The notes below the pieces were generated by a model. It was not told the DNA's origin. It worked only from the letters and a program-made list of their open reading frames with translations, and did not search any database. A stretch of 32,000 bases of DNA from positions 420,001 through 452,000 of the forward strand of contig NC_015735.1 in NCBI RefSeq assembly GCF_000219175.1, read 5' to 3'. This DNA is from Candidatus Moranella endobia PCIT. Lineage in GTDB: Bacteria; Pseudomonadota; Gammaproteobacteria; Enterobacterales; Enterobacteriaceae. The position numbers and the translations under genes are program-made. Positions 10,185-20,683 of this stretch are shown piece after piece; position 1 is the stretch's first letter, and every line of letters starts with the position of its first letter.

Positions 10185-10193
10185 TGCTATAAT
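10185..10193 (+). promoter_or_regulatory. candidate extended -10 promoter element (TGcTATAAT) upstream of tusE
   Basis: tgctataat lies at 10185-10193, 41 nt before the tusE ATG and preceded by a T9 run. There is no good -35 element. Confidence 0.35.
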
Positions 10194-10234
10194 CATTAAT
10201 CATTATTTCATATTAACCATTAACACAGGTTTCG

Positions 10235-10561
10235 ATGCAATTTAAAGGCCGAGAAATTAATACTGATAAACAGGGATATTTAATAAATCTGCAGGACTGG
10301 AGTGAGGAGCTGGCGACCACTATTGCTCGTCTCGAAGGAATTAACCTGAGTGAAGCCCACTGGCAGGTGATTCATTTTATACGTAAATTTTATTTACAAT
10401 ATAATACGTCTCCTTCGATCCGGATGTTGGTGCAGGCCATGGCACAGACATCCGGCGAGGAACAGGTGAATAGCCGTTACCTTTTCCGTTTATTTCCACA
10501 TGGTCCAGCCATGCAGGCAACCAAAATAGCTGGCTTGCCAAAACCAGTGCAATGCCTTTAA
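10235..10561 (+). CDS. tusE: sulfurtransferase TusE (DsrC family), part of the 2-thiouridine sulfur relay
   Basis: [16 protein letters not shown]...[14 protein letters not shown]...[30 protein letters not shown] is colinear with E. coli TusE/YccK, including the C-terminal Cys. Confidence 0.9.
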   Translation: MQFKGREINTDKQGYLINLQDWSEELATTIARLEGINLSEAHWQVIHFIRKFYLQYNTSPSIRMLVQAMAQTSGEEQVNSRYLFRLFPHGPAMQATKIAGLPKPVQCL

Positions 10562-10729
10562 TATAAGAAGCCCTACCTACTGCTTTCTGCTATACAGGTT
10601 ACAATTATTATAACCAAGAACGCGGTTGTGGTTTTGCACCGCATTACATTAAAGTGCACGTCAGTAGTGTTTCACCAGACGTACGGGTTTTACTACCGCC
10701 TACCTAACCCCAGTGTGATTGGGCCTACA

Positions 10730-11842
10730 TCAGTGAGACAATGGCTGACGTGCTTCAATGATACCGCCGCCCAAACAATGTTCCGCCACATAAAATACTG
10801 CCGACTGGCCTGGCGTCACGGCAGCCACCGGCTGGTCAAAGGTAACCTGCAAAGATTCAGCCGACTGCGGCGTTACCATACAATTGATGTCCGGCTGACG
10901 ATAACGAGTTTTCACCGTACAGCGTAATGCTGCTGTAAGTGGTTCTCGATCGACCCAGTGTAGCCGGCTGGCGATAAGACCAGTAGACATCAACCGTGGA
11001 TGTTGGTTACCCTGGGCGACAAGCAATTGGTTATTGTCAAAATCTTTCTCCACGACATACCAAGGGTCCTCGCTACCGTCACTGGTACCGCCTATGCCAA
11101 GCCCTTTACGCTGACCTAACGTGTAGTACATCAATCCCTGATGACGACCTAACTCCTGACCGTTAACTGACATAATTACCCCTGGCTGTGTCGGCGGCAG
11201 GTAGCGACCGAGAAAATCGCGGAATTTTCGCTTACCGATAAAACAGATGCCGGTGGAGTCTTTTTTGTCAGCGGTAGCCAAACTAAGCGCTGCAGCGATG
11301 TATCGTACTTGCGGTTTGGCTAGTGTCCCTATAGGGAACAGGCAGCGCGCAAGCTGCTCATGGCACAAAGTGTATAGAAAATAACTTTGGTCTTTATTTT
11401 GGTCCAGACCGCGCTGTAGTTGGCTTTTGCCGTCTACATCAGTACAGCGCACATAATGGCCAGTAGCGATAAAATCAGCACCTAAATCTTCGGTAGCAAA
11501 CTCTAAGAATGCTTTGAACTTGATTTCCTTATTGCAAAGAATATCCGGATTTGGTGTACGACCAACCTTATATTCTGCGAGACAGTGCAAGAAAACGTTA
11601 TCCCAATATTCGGCGGTAAAATTGACCGTACGCAGTATAATCCCCAGTTGATCACATACCGCTCTGGCATCTGCTAGATCGCTTGCAGCGTTGCAATATG
11701 CCTCATTGTCGTCTTCTTCCCAGTTTTTCATAAATAGCCCTTCAACCAAATATCCCTGCTGCTGTAGTAACCAGGCGGAAACGGAAGAGTCTACACCACC
11801 GGACATGCCGACAATTACTTTTTTTTTACTATTATTTGACAT
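10730..11842 (-). CDS. mnmA: tRNA-specific 2-thiouridylase MnmA
   Basis: [31 protein letters not shown]... shows full-length similarity to E. coli MnmA (PP-loop SGGVDSS). Start is ATG at 11842; the first codon in the ORF track (11845) is TTG. Confidence 0.93.
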   Translation of the reverse strand: MSNNSKKKVIVGMSGGVDSSVSAWLLQQQGYLVEGLFMKNWEEDDNEAYCNAASDLADARAVCDQLGIILRTVNFTAEYWDNVFLHCLAEYKVGRTPNPDILCNKEIKFKAFLEFATEDLGADFIATGHYVRCTDVDGKSQLQRGLDQNKDQSYFLYTLCHEQLARCLFPIGTLAKPQVRYIAAALSLATADKKDSTGICFIGKRKFRDFLGRYLPPTQPGVIMSVNGQELGRHQGLMYYTLGQRKGLGIGGTSDGSEDPWYVVEKDFDNNQLLVAQGNQHPRLMSTGLIASRLHWVDREPLTAALRCTVKTRYRQPDINCMVTPQSAESLQVTFDQPVAAVTPGQSAVFYVAEHCLGGGIIEARQPLSH

Positions 11843-11993
11843 CAAATGATTCTCACAAACATGATGTTAGCCGTACGACACAGTCAAGCTGAACTGTGCG
11901 CCACTAGATAGATGTACGCTCTCGATGAGATGTCTATTTTCTACACTCGCAAAAGATAAAAAAACCTTACTGTAAACTTGTTAGTTTCTAGCA

Positions 11994-14171
11994 TCATGTC
12001 TTGGTATTGGTAAATGAGCGTTCCGCTTGTGTCGCTTGTATGGCGGTCAATGCGATAGTATAGACAATATCATCCACTAGCGCACCACGCGACAGGTCAT
12101 TGACCGGCTTGCGCATTCCTTGCAGCATTGGGCCGATGGAAATCAGTTCTGCCGAACGTTGTACAGCTTTATAGGTGGTATTGCCGGTGTTTAAATCTGG
12201 GAAAATAAAGACCGTTGCTTTACCAGCTACCGGTGAGTTGGGCGCTTTCAACAGAGCAACATCTGCCATAATTGCGGCATCATACTGCAGCGGTCCGTCA
12301 AGGAGCAGGTCTGGGCGTTTTTTCTGCGCCAGATAGGTAGCTTCACGCACCTTATCTACAGCGCTACCGGCACTAGAATTACCCGTAGAATAAGAGATCA
12401 TAGCAACCAGCGGCTCAATACCAAAGGCTGAGGCTGAGTCAGCCGACTGAATGGCAATTTCCGCTAGCTGTTCTGGGGTAGGATTAGGGTTGATGGCGCA
12501 GTCACCGTAAACTAATACTTGTTCAGGCAATAACATAAAGAACACTGATGATACCAGTGAGTTGCCCGGTGCCGTCTTGATTAATTGTAACGGCGGGCGG
12601 ATGGTTTCTGCTGTCGTATGTACCGCACCTGAAACTAGACCGTCCACTTCGCCCTGCTCCAACATCAGCGTACCAAGCACCAAGTTATCTTCTAACTGTT
12701 CGCGCGCCACTCTTTCTGTCATACCTTTCGTGTTGCGTAGCTCTACTAGGCGGGCGATATACTTATCACGCGTTACTGCTGGATCTATAATTTCGATGCC
12801 GTTACCAAGCGTCACTCCTTGTATCGAAGCCACACGACTAATCTCATCATGGTTACCTATTAGGACGCAATGAGCAATGCCGCGTTCGGCACAAATGGCT
12901 GCCGCATTTAAGGTACGTGGCTCGTCGCCTTCCGGCAGCACGATCCTTTTACACGCCTGGCGCGCAAGTTCAGTCAACTGATAGCGGAACGCTGGTGGTG
13001 ATAGGCGGCGACGCGGCAGTTCTGCTTTAGCGGGCCGGTATTGAAGCCAAAGATTATCTATATAGCCAGCAACATAGTTGCACACTTGTTCCAGCCGGCT
13101 GTGGTCGTCAGCCGGCACTGCCAGGCGGAAACGTTGCAGGCGAAGAGCAGTATGCCAGGTGTTAGTTTGTACGATAAATACCGGCAGACCGGTCTGGAAG
13201 GCTCGGGCGCATAAATTCTGCATGCGTGGATCAAAGTCATCTCCGTCGGTCAGTAGCACCGCACCAATTTCAACACCGTCCATCGCTTTGAGGCAGGCCG
13301 CAACCAGCACGTCGTGACGTGCAACAGAGATTACCAGCAGTGAGCCAGAGCGTAATTGCTCTAACATGCTTGGCAGACCCATAGCACCACCAAATGTGAT
13401 GGATGTTACGCGGCGTGTCTGCATTTCACCTTCGTTGATAATAGTGGCACTTAAGTGTCTGACCATGTCGATAGCTCTAGGTGCAATAAGATCAACATTC
13501 CATGGTATGCAGCCTAGCACCGGCACCGGGCTTGTTTGAATTAGCAAACTTTGGTCTAATTTGGTTACGTTGGCTTTGCTGGTGCTGGCATTGTCAAAAA
13601 CTTTAAATAGGTCCATACAAGCGCAACATTGGTTATTATCCACCGGGGCGTTCCATTTATTGATGATAACGCCAGTTATGTTTTTATTTTTGCTGCCCCC
13701 GAATCCTAAGCGTACAAGCTCTATGCGTTCTTTTAGTTGGGTGAGTGAGTCTTTACCCTGTGAGAGCAAGAAGACGATTTCGGCGTTCAGCATGCGAGCA
13801 ATTTTATCGTTGAGCACCGTGGCCAACTGATGTTTGTTAGTGGGCACTAGACCTTCTACTAGCACGACTTCGGAATCTTTCGTATTTGCATAAAAATTGG
13901 CGATTATTTCTTCCATAAGGACGTCTTGCTGATTAGAGCCAAGCAGGGATTCAACATAGCTCATGGCAAGAGGTTGTACGGAGGAATTCGCGCTGATCAT
14001 ACTACTGGTTGTGGTGACATTGAATGTATACTGATCGCCGCCTGGCTGTTCGATTGGTTTAAAAAAACTTAGGCTGACACCTTGTTGCTTCATAGCTCGG
14101 ATCAAACCAAGTATGACGCTGGTTAGACCAACGCTGGGACCGATGGGGATCAACATTATTATACGGGACAC
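11994..14171 (-). CDS. pta: phosphate acetyltransferase
   Basis: The 725-aa product [19 protein letters not shown]... has a GTG start, as in E. coli, and is colinear with E. coli Pta. It lies immediately downstream of ackA. Confidence 0.94.
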   Translation of the reverse strand: MSRIIMLIPIGPSVGLTSVILGLIRAMKQQGVSLSFFKPIEQPGGDQYTFNVTTTSSMISANSSVQPLAMSYVESLLGSNQQDVLMEEIIANFYANTKDSEVVLVEGLVPTNKHQLATVLNDKIARMLNAEIVFLLSQGKDSLTQLKERIELVRLGFGGSKNKNITGVIINKWNAPVDNNQCCACMDLFKVFDNASTSKANVTKLDQSLLIQTSPVPVLGCIPWNVDLIAPRAIDMVRHLSATIINEGEMQTRRVTSITFGGAMGLPSMLEQLRSGSLLVISVARHDVLVAACLKAMDGVEIGAVLLTDGDDFDPRMQNLCARAFQTGLPVFIVQTNTWHTALRLQRFRLAVPADDHSRLEQVCNYVAGYIDNLWLQYRPAKAELPRRRLSPPAFRYQLTELARQACKRIVLPEGDEPRTLNAAAICAERGIAHCVLIGNHDEISRVASIQGVTLGNGIEIIDPAVTRDKYIARLVELRNTKGMTERVAREQLEDNLVLGTLMLEQGEVDGLVSGAVHTTAETIRPPLQLIKTAPGNSLVSSVFFMLLPEQVLVYGDCAINPNPTPEQLAEIAIQSADSASAFGIEPLVAMISYSTGNSSAGSAVDKVREATYLAQKKRPDLLLDGPLQYDAAIMADVALLKAPNSPVAGKATVFIFPDLNTGNTTYKAVQRSAELISIGPMLQGMRKPVNDLSRGALVDDIVYTIALTAIQATQAERSFTNTKT

Positions 14172-14261
14172 GGCTAAATCTCTTTCTATTTAAAATTAAC
14201 AGATTGCTATTCAGGCAAAAATGCCACCACCGGACACCGCCGATGAGGTAATCGAGAATAA

Positions 14262-15464
14262 TTACGCGGTTAAACGCGCCGCTTCCTGGGCGATAACCAA
14301 CTCCTCGTTAGTTGGGATAACGATTGCCGGCCGGCTGGCGTCAGTGGTAATGACGCCAGCATGGCCAAAACGCGCCGCCAGGTTACGTTCAGGATCCAAA
14401 TCAAAACCGAGCAGCGCCAGTTTTTTCAGCGATAGCTCGCGTACCATCGCAGCGTTTTCACCAATGCCACCGGTAAAAATAACCGCATCCAATTTTCCAT
14501 CCATCAGAGCACTATAGGATCCGATGTATTTTGCTAGACGATGGCAGTAAACATCCATGGCACGGCGAGCAGCGGCTTGATCGCGGTAATTCTCTTCAAT
14601 ATAGCGACAGTCGCTGGTAACTCCGGTCAGTCCCAACAGCCCGGACTCTTTGGTCAATATGGTCTTTATGCGGGCAACGGACAGGCCTAAAGCTTCGTGT
14701 AAATGGAAAATGATAGCTGGATCAAGATCGCCACTACGGGTTCCCATCACTAAACCTTCAAGCGGGGTCAGCCCCATGGACGTATCTACGCACTGACCAT
14801 TGCGAATAGCGGACACGGAGCTACCGTTGCCTAAATGACAGGTGATAACATTGAGTTGGTCAACTGACTTGTTAAGCATCTTGGCCGCTTCGCGGCTGAC
14901 ATAAAAGTGGCTAGTGCCGTGGGCGCCGTAGCGGCGGATCGCATGTTCTTGATATAAATAATAGGGCAGGGCATAAAGATACGATTCTTCCGGCATGGTC
15001 TGATGGAAAGCAGTATCAAAAACCGCTACGTTTTTTTCTGCCAGCTGCGGAAACGCTTTTAAGGTTGCGCGAATACCGACAAGATGCGCCAGATTATGCA
15101 GGGGCGCAAAAGGGATAGCATCCTCTATACCTGTTATGATGTCATCATTGATAATAGCTGACTGAGTAAAACGTTCGCCGCCATGTACGATGCGATGACC
15201 GATGGCAATTAATTGCCCTGACCATTCATGGTTTTTTGCCAAAATATTGTTAACGATAAAGTGCAGTGCTTCACTGTGTGTGTTACCGGCCATCAACGCT
15301 GCGTCTTGCTTGTCACCATCTATCTTCCATTTGATGCGCGCTTCTGATTGATTAAACTCAGCGAGACCAGATAGATGTTCTTTACCATTATTGGCTACAT
15401 CAATAATGGCGAATTTCAAAGATGAACTGCCACAGTTAAGAACTAGTACCAGCTTAATCGACAT
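14262..15464 (-). CDS. ackA: acetate kinase
   Basis: The 400-aa product [22 protein letters not shown]... is the same length as E. coli AckA and colinear with it. Confidence 0.95.
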   Translation of the reverse strand: MSIKLVLVLNCGSSSLKFAIIDVANNGKEHLSGLAEFNQSEARIKWKIDGDKQDAALMAGNTHSEALHFIVNNILAKNHEWSGQLIAIGHRIVHGGERFTQSAIINDDIITGIEDAIPFAPLHNLAHLVGIRATLKAFPQLAEKNVAVFDTAFHQTMPEESYLYALPYYLYQEHAIRRYGAHGTSHFYVSREAAKMLNKSVDQLNVITCHLGNGSSVSAIRNGQCVDTSMGLTPLEGLVMGTRSGDLDPAIIFHLHEALGLSVARIKTILTKESGLLGLTGVTSDCRYIEENYRDQAAARRAMDVYCHRLAKYIGSYSALMDGKLDAVIFTGGIGENAAMVRELSLKKLALLGFDLDPERNLAARFGHAGVITTDASRPAIVIPTNEELVIAQEAARLTA

Positions 15465-15746
15465 GACAGTACCTACTGATTGTATGTAGTTAATAATTCA
15501 TCCAACATGCTTGCATCGGATATTGCTGCTTAACAGCATTGGGCTCTTATCCATGTTTTCTCGACTATGCTACGTTAACATAAGTAGGCTCCTTTATCAT
15601 ACATTCTCGCTGTCGCGTTCTACCTTAAAGCCTGTGGTGAGGTGACATAGATATCTAGTATCCTAGTATCTAGTTTTGCTGCTCGATCTCACTAGAGAAG
15701 AGAATAGCGCACATGATTATTGCTGGCTGTAAACAACCATTGTCAA

Positions 15747-15780
15747 GTGCGGTTATAGCCTCCTGTAGCTATAACCGCAC
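15747..15780. repeat. perfect 13-bp inverted repeat with an 8-nt loop (gtgcggttatagc-ctcctgta-gctataaccgcac)
   Basis: Read directly from the sequence, in the 716-bp spacer between ackA and ydjM. No U-tract on either strand. Confidence 0.9.
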
Positions 15781-16318
15781 AGTGAGTGAAATCGCAATTT
15801 TAGCTGATTGCCGATGCCGTACGTAATGGTAGCTTTTCTGGTAACATGTGCCACGAGCACTTAGCAGATCAAAGAAAGCTGCCCATTTATCCGTTTCTAG
15901 GCTGTACTTTTTGTTCATAACATCACCACAAGTTGAGTCGCCGGCTTGCCGTGCCGCATGTAGCGTTTACCGGCGCTAAAAAATGTTTGCTGCTGAGGTA
16001 GTAAACCAGCCAGAGGTTATCATGCTGCGCCAGCTAACAAACTATAACTGACTGATTAACATGTGCGCTATTAGCTGCGTGTTCAAAAGAACACGGTTTT
16101 AACAAATTGTCCACAATCACATGATATAACTTATCGATTAAGCACGCGAAAATCTACTCTAAGATAAATTAGAAATTTAGGTGCACAGTAAAGAATCGAC
16201 GTTAACTTATATTGGTCACTCATACGTAGCAGCTGAGCCAGCTAGTAGCCAGCAAGTTAAAGTGAGCAACCAACAGAAAACTTGTATTCAGGTAGATTTA
16301 CCAATAATTATGCAGTCT

Positions 16319-16903
16319 ATGAACGCTGAAGGACATTTTATCTTTGCCTTTGCTAGTACTATTTTTGCCAAAAAAATTGCCCTAACGCCTATCCTGGCCA
16401 AGGGTGATTGGTGGCATATCATTACTGGTGGATTAATTACCTGCCTGCTACCAGATATAGACCATCCGAAATCGCTGTTGGGTCAGCGCCTAGCCTGGTT
16501 ATCTACTCCTATTGCTCGGTTGTGCGGCCATCGTGGTTTTACCCATAGCTTGCTTGCTAGCATCGCTAGTATTATTTTGTTCACCCTACCGCCACAAAGG
16601 TTTATTCCTATTGATGCTCTTCATGCCATGATTATAGGTTATTTAAGCCATATCTTAGCTGACATGCTGACTCCCACTGGGGTGCCGCTGCTTTGGCCCT
16701 GTCACTGGCGTTTTCGCTTGCCGATCGTCAGCCCTGCAAACAATAACCAGCTAGAACGTCTTTTGTGTATCGCTTCGCTCATTTTTGCTCTTCAACATAA
16801 GCCGATAGAAGATACGTCGATCATGTTACAGTATTTCGCAACTGCCATAGTGCCTAAAAGGACTATGGCAGTTGCGAAATACTGTTTAGTTTTAGACAAT
16901 TGA
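16319..16903 (+). CDS. ydjM: YdjM-family inner-membrane metal-dependent hydrolase
   Basis: MNAEGHFIFAFASTIFAKK..GDWWHI...LLPDIDHPKS.LGQRL...GHRGFTHSLL...GYLSHILADMLTPTGVPLLWPCHWRFRLP matches E. coli YdjM. Start is ATG 16319, or alternatively 16310. The ORF-track start at 16181 adds about 46 residues with no homology. The C-terminal 40 residues or so are not YdjM-like. Confidence 0.85.
   Translation: MNAEGHFIFAFASTIFAKKIALTPILAKGDWWHIITGGLITCLLPDIDHPKSLLGQRLAWLSTPIARLCGHRGFTHSLLASIASIILFTLPPQRFIPIDALHAMIIGYLSHILADMLTPTGVPLLWPCHWRFRLPIVSPANNNQLERLLCIASLIFALQHKPIEDTSIMLQYFATAIVPKRTMAVAKYCLVLDN
16828..16885 (+). repeat. perfect 23-bp inverted repeat with a 12-nt loop, followed by TTTAGTTTTAG; possible strong terminator hairpin inside the ydjM 3' end
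   Basis: Arm 16828-16850 (acagtatttcgcaactgccatag) is the exact reverse complement of arm 16863-16885. The T-rich tract lies at 16886-16896 and the ydjM stop at 16901-16903. Confidence 0.9.
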
Positions 16904-17064
16904 AGGAGATCAGTGAAGGTATGCAAGCGACCTACTTCGGTCGAGTATAGAGAATGGGATCGAAATTTCACGGTAATTAAATTGATATGTTGTGCGATCT
17001 TTCTCCTGTTAATTTACAGGGCTAGTTCAGAGTGAAACTTTATGCCTTGAACGAACCTGGGCCA

Positions 17065-17103
17065 TGTCGTCTAGCTATCGCTGGCAGCGATGGCTAGACG
17101 ACA
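17065..17103. repeat. 39-bp near-perfect palindrome (19-nt arms, one T/G mismatch)
   Basis: tgtcgtctagcTatcgctg-g-cagcgatGgctagacgaca. It lies in the ydjM-typA spacer, about 260 bp upstream of the typA start. Confidence 0.9.
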
Positions 17104-17362
17104 CGCGTTTGCCAATGCGATTGGATGGATGTATCATAATAATGGATCTGGAACTAAGCATATTTTTTTGCACTTAGGGATATGGATACTCATTTAGTCT
17201 AAGAGCCTGTTAAATTTGGAACTCTATTTGAGTGCATTTGAGTTGGGCAGGCAGGATGGAATTATGCACCATAATAGGCACGCTAATAACAATAGATAAT
17301 AGCTGTTGTTTACTATCTTGACTACTGTGGTGGCTCGCTATGTTGAATTTTGAGGCAAAGTT

Positions 17363-19183
17363 GTGATCGAAAATTTGCGTAACATCGCCATTGTGGCACA
17401 CGTAGACCATGGTAAAACTACCTTGGTTGATCAATTATTACGCCAATCTGGTACGCTTAGTGACTGCACAGATGCCAGTGAACGCATTATGGACTCCAAT
17501 GATTTGGAGAAAGAGCGTGGTATTACCATTTTAGCTAAAAATACTGCAATCAACTGGCGCGATTACCGTATTAATATTGTCGATACCCCGGGACATGCAG
17601 ACTTCGGTGGTGAAGTTGAACGCGTGATGTCGATGGTTGACTCAGTATTGCTGCTAGTCGATGCCAGGGATGGTCCGATGCCCCAAACCCGTTTCGTGAC
17701 GCAGAAATCGTTCAGCTATGGCCTAAAACCTATCGTGGTCATTAACAAAGTTGACCGCCACGGCGTGCGTATAGACTGGGTGGTTGATCAGGTCTTCGAT
17801 CTGTTTGTCAATTTAGGTGCTACCGACGATCAGCTTAATTTTCCTATTGTTTACACATCAGCGCTTAATGGTATCGCAGGTCTAGAATATGAAGAGATGG
17901 CCGACGACATGACACCGCTTTTTGAAGCCATTGTGAAACACATCGATGCACCAAAGGTTGATGTTAATGGCCCATTCCAAATGCAGATTTCTCAGCTGGA
18001 TTACAACAACTATGTTGGCGTTATCGGAGTCGGCCGCATAAACAGCGGCTCGGTCAAACCAAACCAGAACGTGACCATAGTGGACATAGCAGGTAAACCA
18101 CGCCATGGTAAAGTTGGTCAGATTCTTGGCCATATAGGCCTGCAGCGTATCGAATACAAATTGGCAGAAGCAGGAGATATCATTGCGATCACCGGGTTGG
18201 GCGAGTTGAATATTTCAGATACTATTTGCGATCCGGCTAAAGTAGAATCACTGCCGCCACTAAAGGTGGATGAACCGACTGTATCTATGTTGTTCGGTGT
18301 CAATACCTCACCCTTCTGCGGTAAAGAAGGTAAATACGTCACGTCCCGCCAAATTCTAGCCCGTTTGCAGAAAGAACTAGTGCATAATGTGGCACTACGT
18401 GTGGAAGAAACCGCAGATAATGATAACTTTCTCGTTTCTGGTCGTGGAGAGCTACACTTATCGGTGCTGATCGAGAACATGCGTCGTGAAGGGTTCGAGC
18501 TGGCAGTTTCCCGGCCAAAAGTAATTTTTCGCACCGTTGAAGGCGTGAAGCAGGAACCTTTTGAGTTGGTAACGATGGATATTGAAGAGCAGCATCAGGG
18601 GCCGGTCATGGAAGCCATTGGTATCCGCAAAGGCGAGATACGTGACATGTTACCAGACAGTACAGGCCGTGTACGTCTAGATTATGTCATTCCAAGTCGT
18701 GGGCTAATTGGTTTTCGTACCAATTTCCTTACCATGACATCTGGTACCGGTCTGTTATATTCCACCTTCAGCCACTACGACAATGTGCGTTATGGGGAAC
18801 TCGGCCAGCGTCAGAACGGCGTGCTGATATCTAATGGCCAGGGCAAGGCGGTTGCGTATGCCCTGTATAGCCTGCAGGACCGCGGTCGTCTGTTACTGAG
18901 CCACGGGGCAGAAGTCTATGTAGGCCAGATTATCGGCATTCATACCCGCTCCAATGATCTGACTGTTAACTGTCTAACCGGTAAGAAGCTTACTAACATG
19001 CGCGCTTCCGGTACCGACGAAGCAACTACTTTGATACCGGCTATCCAAATGTCTTTGGAGCAAGCACTAGAATTCATCGATGATGATGAATTGGTGGAAG
19101 TCACACCCAAATCTATCCGTTTACGAAAACGTTATCTGTCTGAAAACGAACGTAAACGTGCTAAACGCGGCCAGGCCGGCTAG
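17363..19183 (+). CDS. typA: ribosome-associated translational GTPase BipA/TypA
   Basis: The 606-aa product, from a GTG start, begins [23 protein letters not shown]...[14 protein letters not shown]...NKVD and is colinear with E. coli BipA. Confidence 0.95.
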   Translation: MIENLRNIAIVAHVDHGKTTLVDQLLRQSGTLSDCTDASERIMDSNDLEKERGITILAKNTAINWRDYRINIVDTPGHADFGGEVERVMSMVDSVLLLVDARDGPMPQTRFVTQKSFSYGLKPIVVINKVDRHGVRIDWVVDQVFDLFVNLGATDDQLNFPIVYTSALNGIAGLEYEEMADDMTPLFEAIVKHIDAPKVDVNGPFQMQISQLDYNNYVGVIGVGRINSGSVKPNQNVTIVDIAGKPRHGKVGQILGHIGLQRIEYKLAEAGDIIAITGLGELNISDTICDPAKVESLPPLKVDEPTVSMLFGVNTSPFCGKEGKYVTSRQILARLQKELVHNVALRVEETADNDNFLVSGRGELHLSVLIENMRREGFELAVSRPKVIFRTVEGVKQEPFELVTMDIEEQHQGPVMEAIGIRKGEIRDMLPDSTGRVRLDYVIPSRGLIGFRTNFLTMTSGTGLLYSTFSHYDNVRYGELGQRQNGVLISNGQGKAVAYALYSLQDRGRLLLSHGAEVYVGQIIGIHTRSNDLTVNCLTGKKLTNMRASGTDEATTLIPAIQMSLEQALEFIDDDELVEVTPKSIRLRKRYLSENERKRAKRGQAG

Positions 19184-19301
19184 GAAGCACTTTACTGACG
19201 ACTGACGCTGTTTTTTTATTGCTGTCTCCCTGCGTAGCTGCGCCGTACGCCTGCAGTAGTAAATAACTAGTGAAGGTAAACAACACCAGCAGTTAACCGC
19301 A

Positions 19302-19321
19302 CAGGTTAAACCAGGTTAAAC
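19302..19321. repeat. tandem duplication of a 10-mer (caggttaaac x2)
   Basis: Read directly from the sequence, in the typA-pdxB spacer. Confidence 0.9.
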
Positions 19322-19616
19322 AGATAGCCTGAAATGTTCCGATACTACGTGGTTATTATAAATATTAACCACATACCATACTCCGCTTCATCGCTTGGAG
19401 ATTGGAGAAAAGTCCATAAATCATAAGTGTGGTGAAGTTAAGTGCTATCACTGTTAGTAAAATATCGATGTCTGATTATTTGAATATCGCGATACATAAT
19501 ATAACTTTAGTTGCTAATCAAGCTGTTAATATTGACATAGATAACCAACTGCTATACTGCTCTGGCCATCGAATAGAATACAGAGAACTATTTGTTAGTG
19601 CTGCCACTAAATATTT

Positions 19617-19642
19617 AACGGCATAACGATCGTTATGCCGTT
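19617..19642. repeat. perfect 26-bp palindrome AACGGCATAACGATCGTTATGCCGTT, centred on GATC
   Basis: Every position pairs from 19617/19642 in to 19629/19630. It overlaps the stop codon of the unassigned 65-aa ORF 19429-19626 and lies 229 bp upstream of the pdxB pseudogene. Confidence 0.9.
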
Positions 19643-19870
19643 GATATGTTTGGCTACTGTCAACAATAATCTGCTTTTCAGGCAGGCTAACACATCAACG
19701 TTATGAATAAATTTTTTGAACAATTTGATTACCCAGTAGTACCCAGTAATTAATGGATGAAATGGCATGTATGCTGGTCCTGGAGACAATAAATTTGTTT
19801 TAGTGGCACAATATGTGTTGTTTGACCTTTTAACTAATCATGGTAAGTAATATGTCTTCTGGAGTATGAT

Positions 19871-20683
19871 GTGAAAATCCTGGTAGATGAGAATATGCCC
19901 TATGCTCAGGAGTTATTTGGTCGTTTGGGCGACGTGCAGGCTGTTGCAGGTAGAGATATTAGCACGCCAGCGCTATCGTTGGCGGACGCACTAATAGTGC
20001 GGTCTGTGACCCACGTCGAACGCGCCCTCCTAGCCGGAAGCCGGGTAAAATTTGTGGGTACTGCCACAGCTGGTACTGATCATGTTGATAAAAATTGGCT
20101 AGCACAGGCCGGGATTAGTTTTGCTGCTGCACCAGGCGGTAATGCTATCGCAGTGGTGGAGTATGTTTTTCCGCGCTGCTGTGGCTAGCTCAGCGGGATG
20201 GTTTCGCTCTGCGCGACAAAATCGTCGGTATTGTTGGCTGGTAAGGAACCGGCGCTGTTGTTAGCGCTCCTGGCGAGAGTTGATATCGGTACTGCTCATA
20301 TTGCTGGTTATACGCTGGAAGGCAAAGCGCGCGGTACTACGCAGGTCTTTAACGCTTACAGTGCTTTTATCGGCAACGACGCTTATGCGAGTTTAGCAGA
20401 ACTATTGCCACCGCCAGCGGTGGAAAGTATCCGTCTGCGCGGCGCTATTGACGAAGAAGCGCTGCGCCGGTTAGCGCATCTAGTCTATGATTTGCGGCGT
20501 GATGACCGGCAGCTGCGTCAAGTTTCTGGCCGATTTGGTGCCTTTGATCAATTGCGTAGACATTATTCTCAGCGTAGAGAATGGTCATCACTATGCGTGG
20601 AGACCGACGATGAAACCAGCGCGGATACTCTGCGGCAAATTGGCTTTCGAGCCAGTTCCGCCGCCATGAAGTATGGTCTTTAA
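19871..20683 (+). pseudogene. pdxB: pdxB (erythronate-4-phosphate dehydrogenase) pseudogene with a frameshift, premature stops and deletion of the NAD-binding domain
   Basis: The N-terminal 100 aa or so match E. coli PdxB ([20 protein letters not shown]...[13 protein letters not shown]...[10 protein letters not shown]). A 1-nt loss near 20171 moves the homology into another frame ([23 protein letters not shown]), giving TAG at 20186-20188 in the original frame. GIVG is fused near 20240 directly to (W)EGEP-like [32 protein letters not shown], so about 115 codons covering the Rossmann domain are absent. The C-terminal part (ORF 20198-20683) is PdxB-like through to the end. Confidence 0.8.

Noticed and set aside
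16880-16899. LexA-box-like tactgtttagttttagac after the ydjM hairpin
   Set aside because: It has CTGT-N8-AGAC rather than CTGT-N8-ACAG, so the second half-site is wrong. The CTGT is also part of the inverted-repeat arm.
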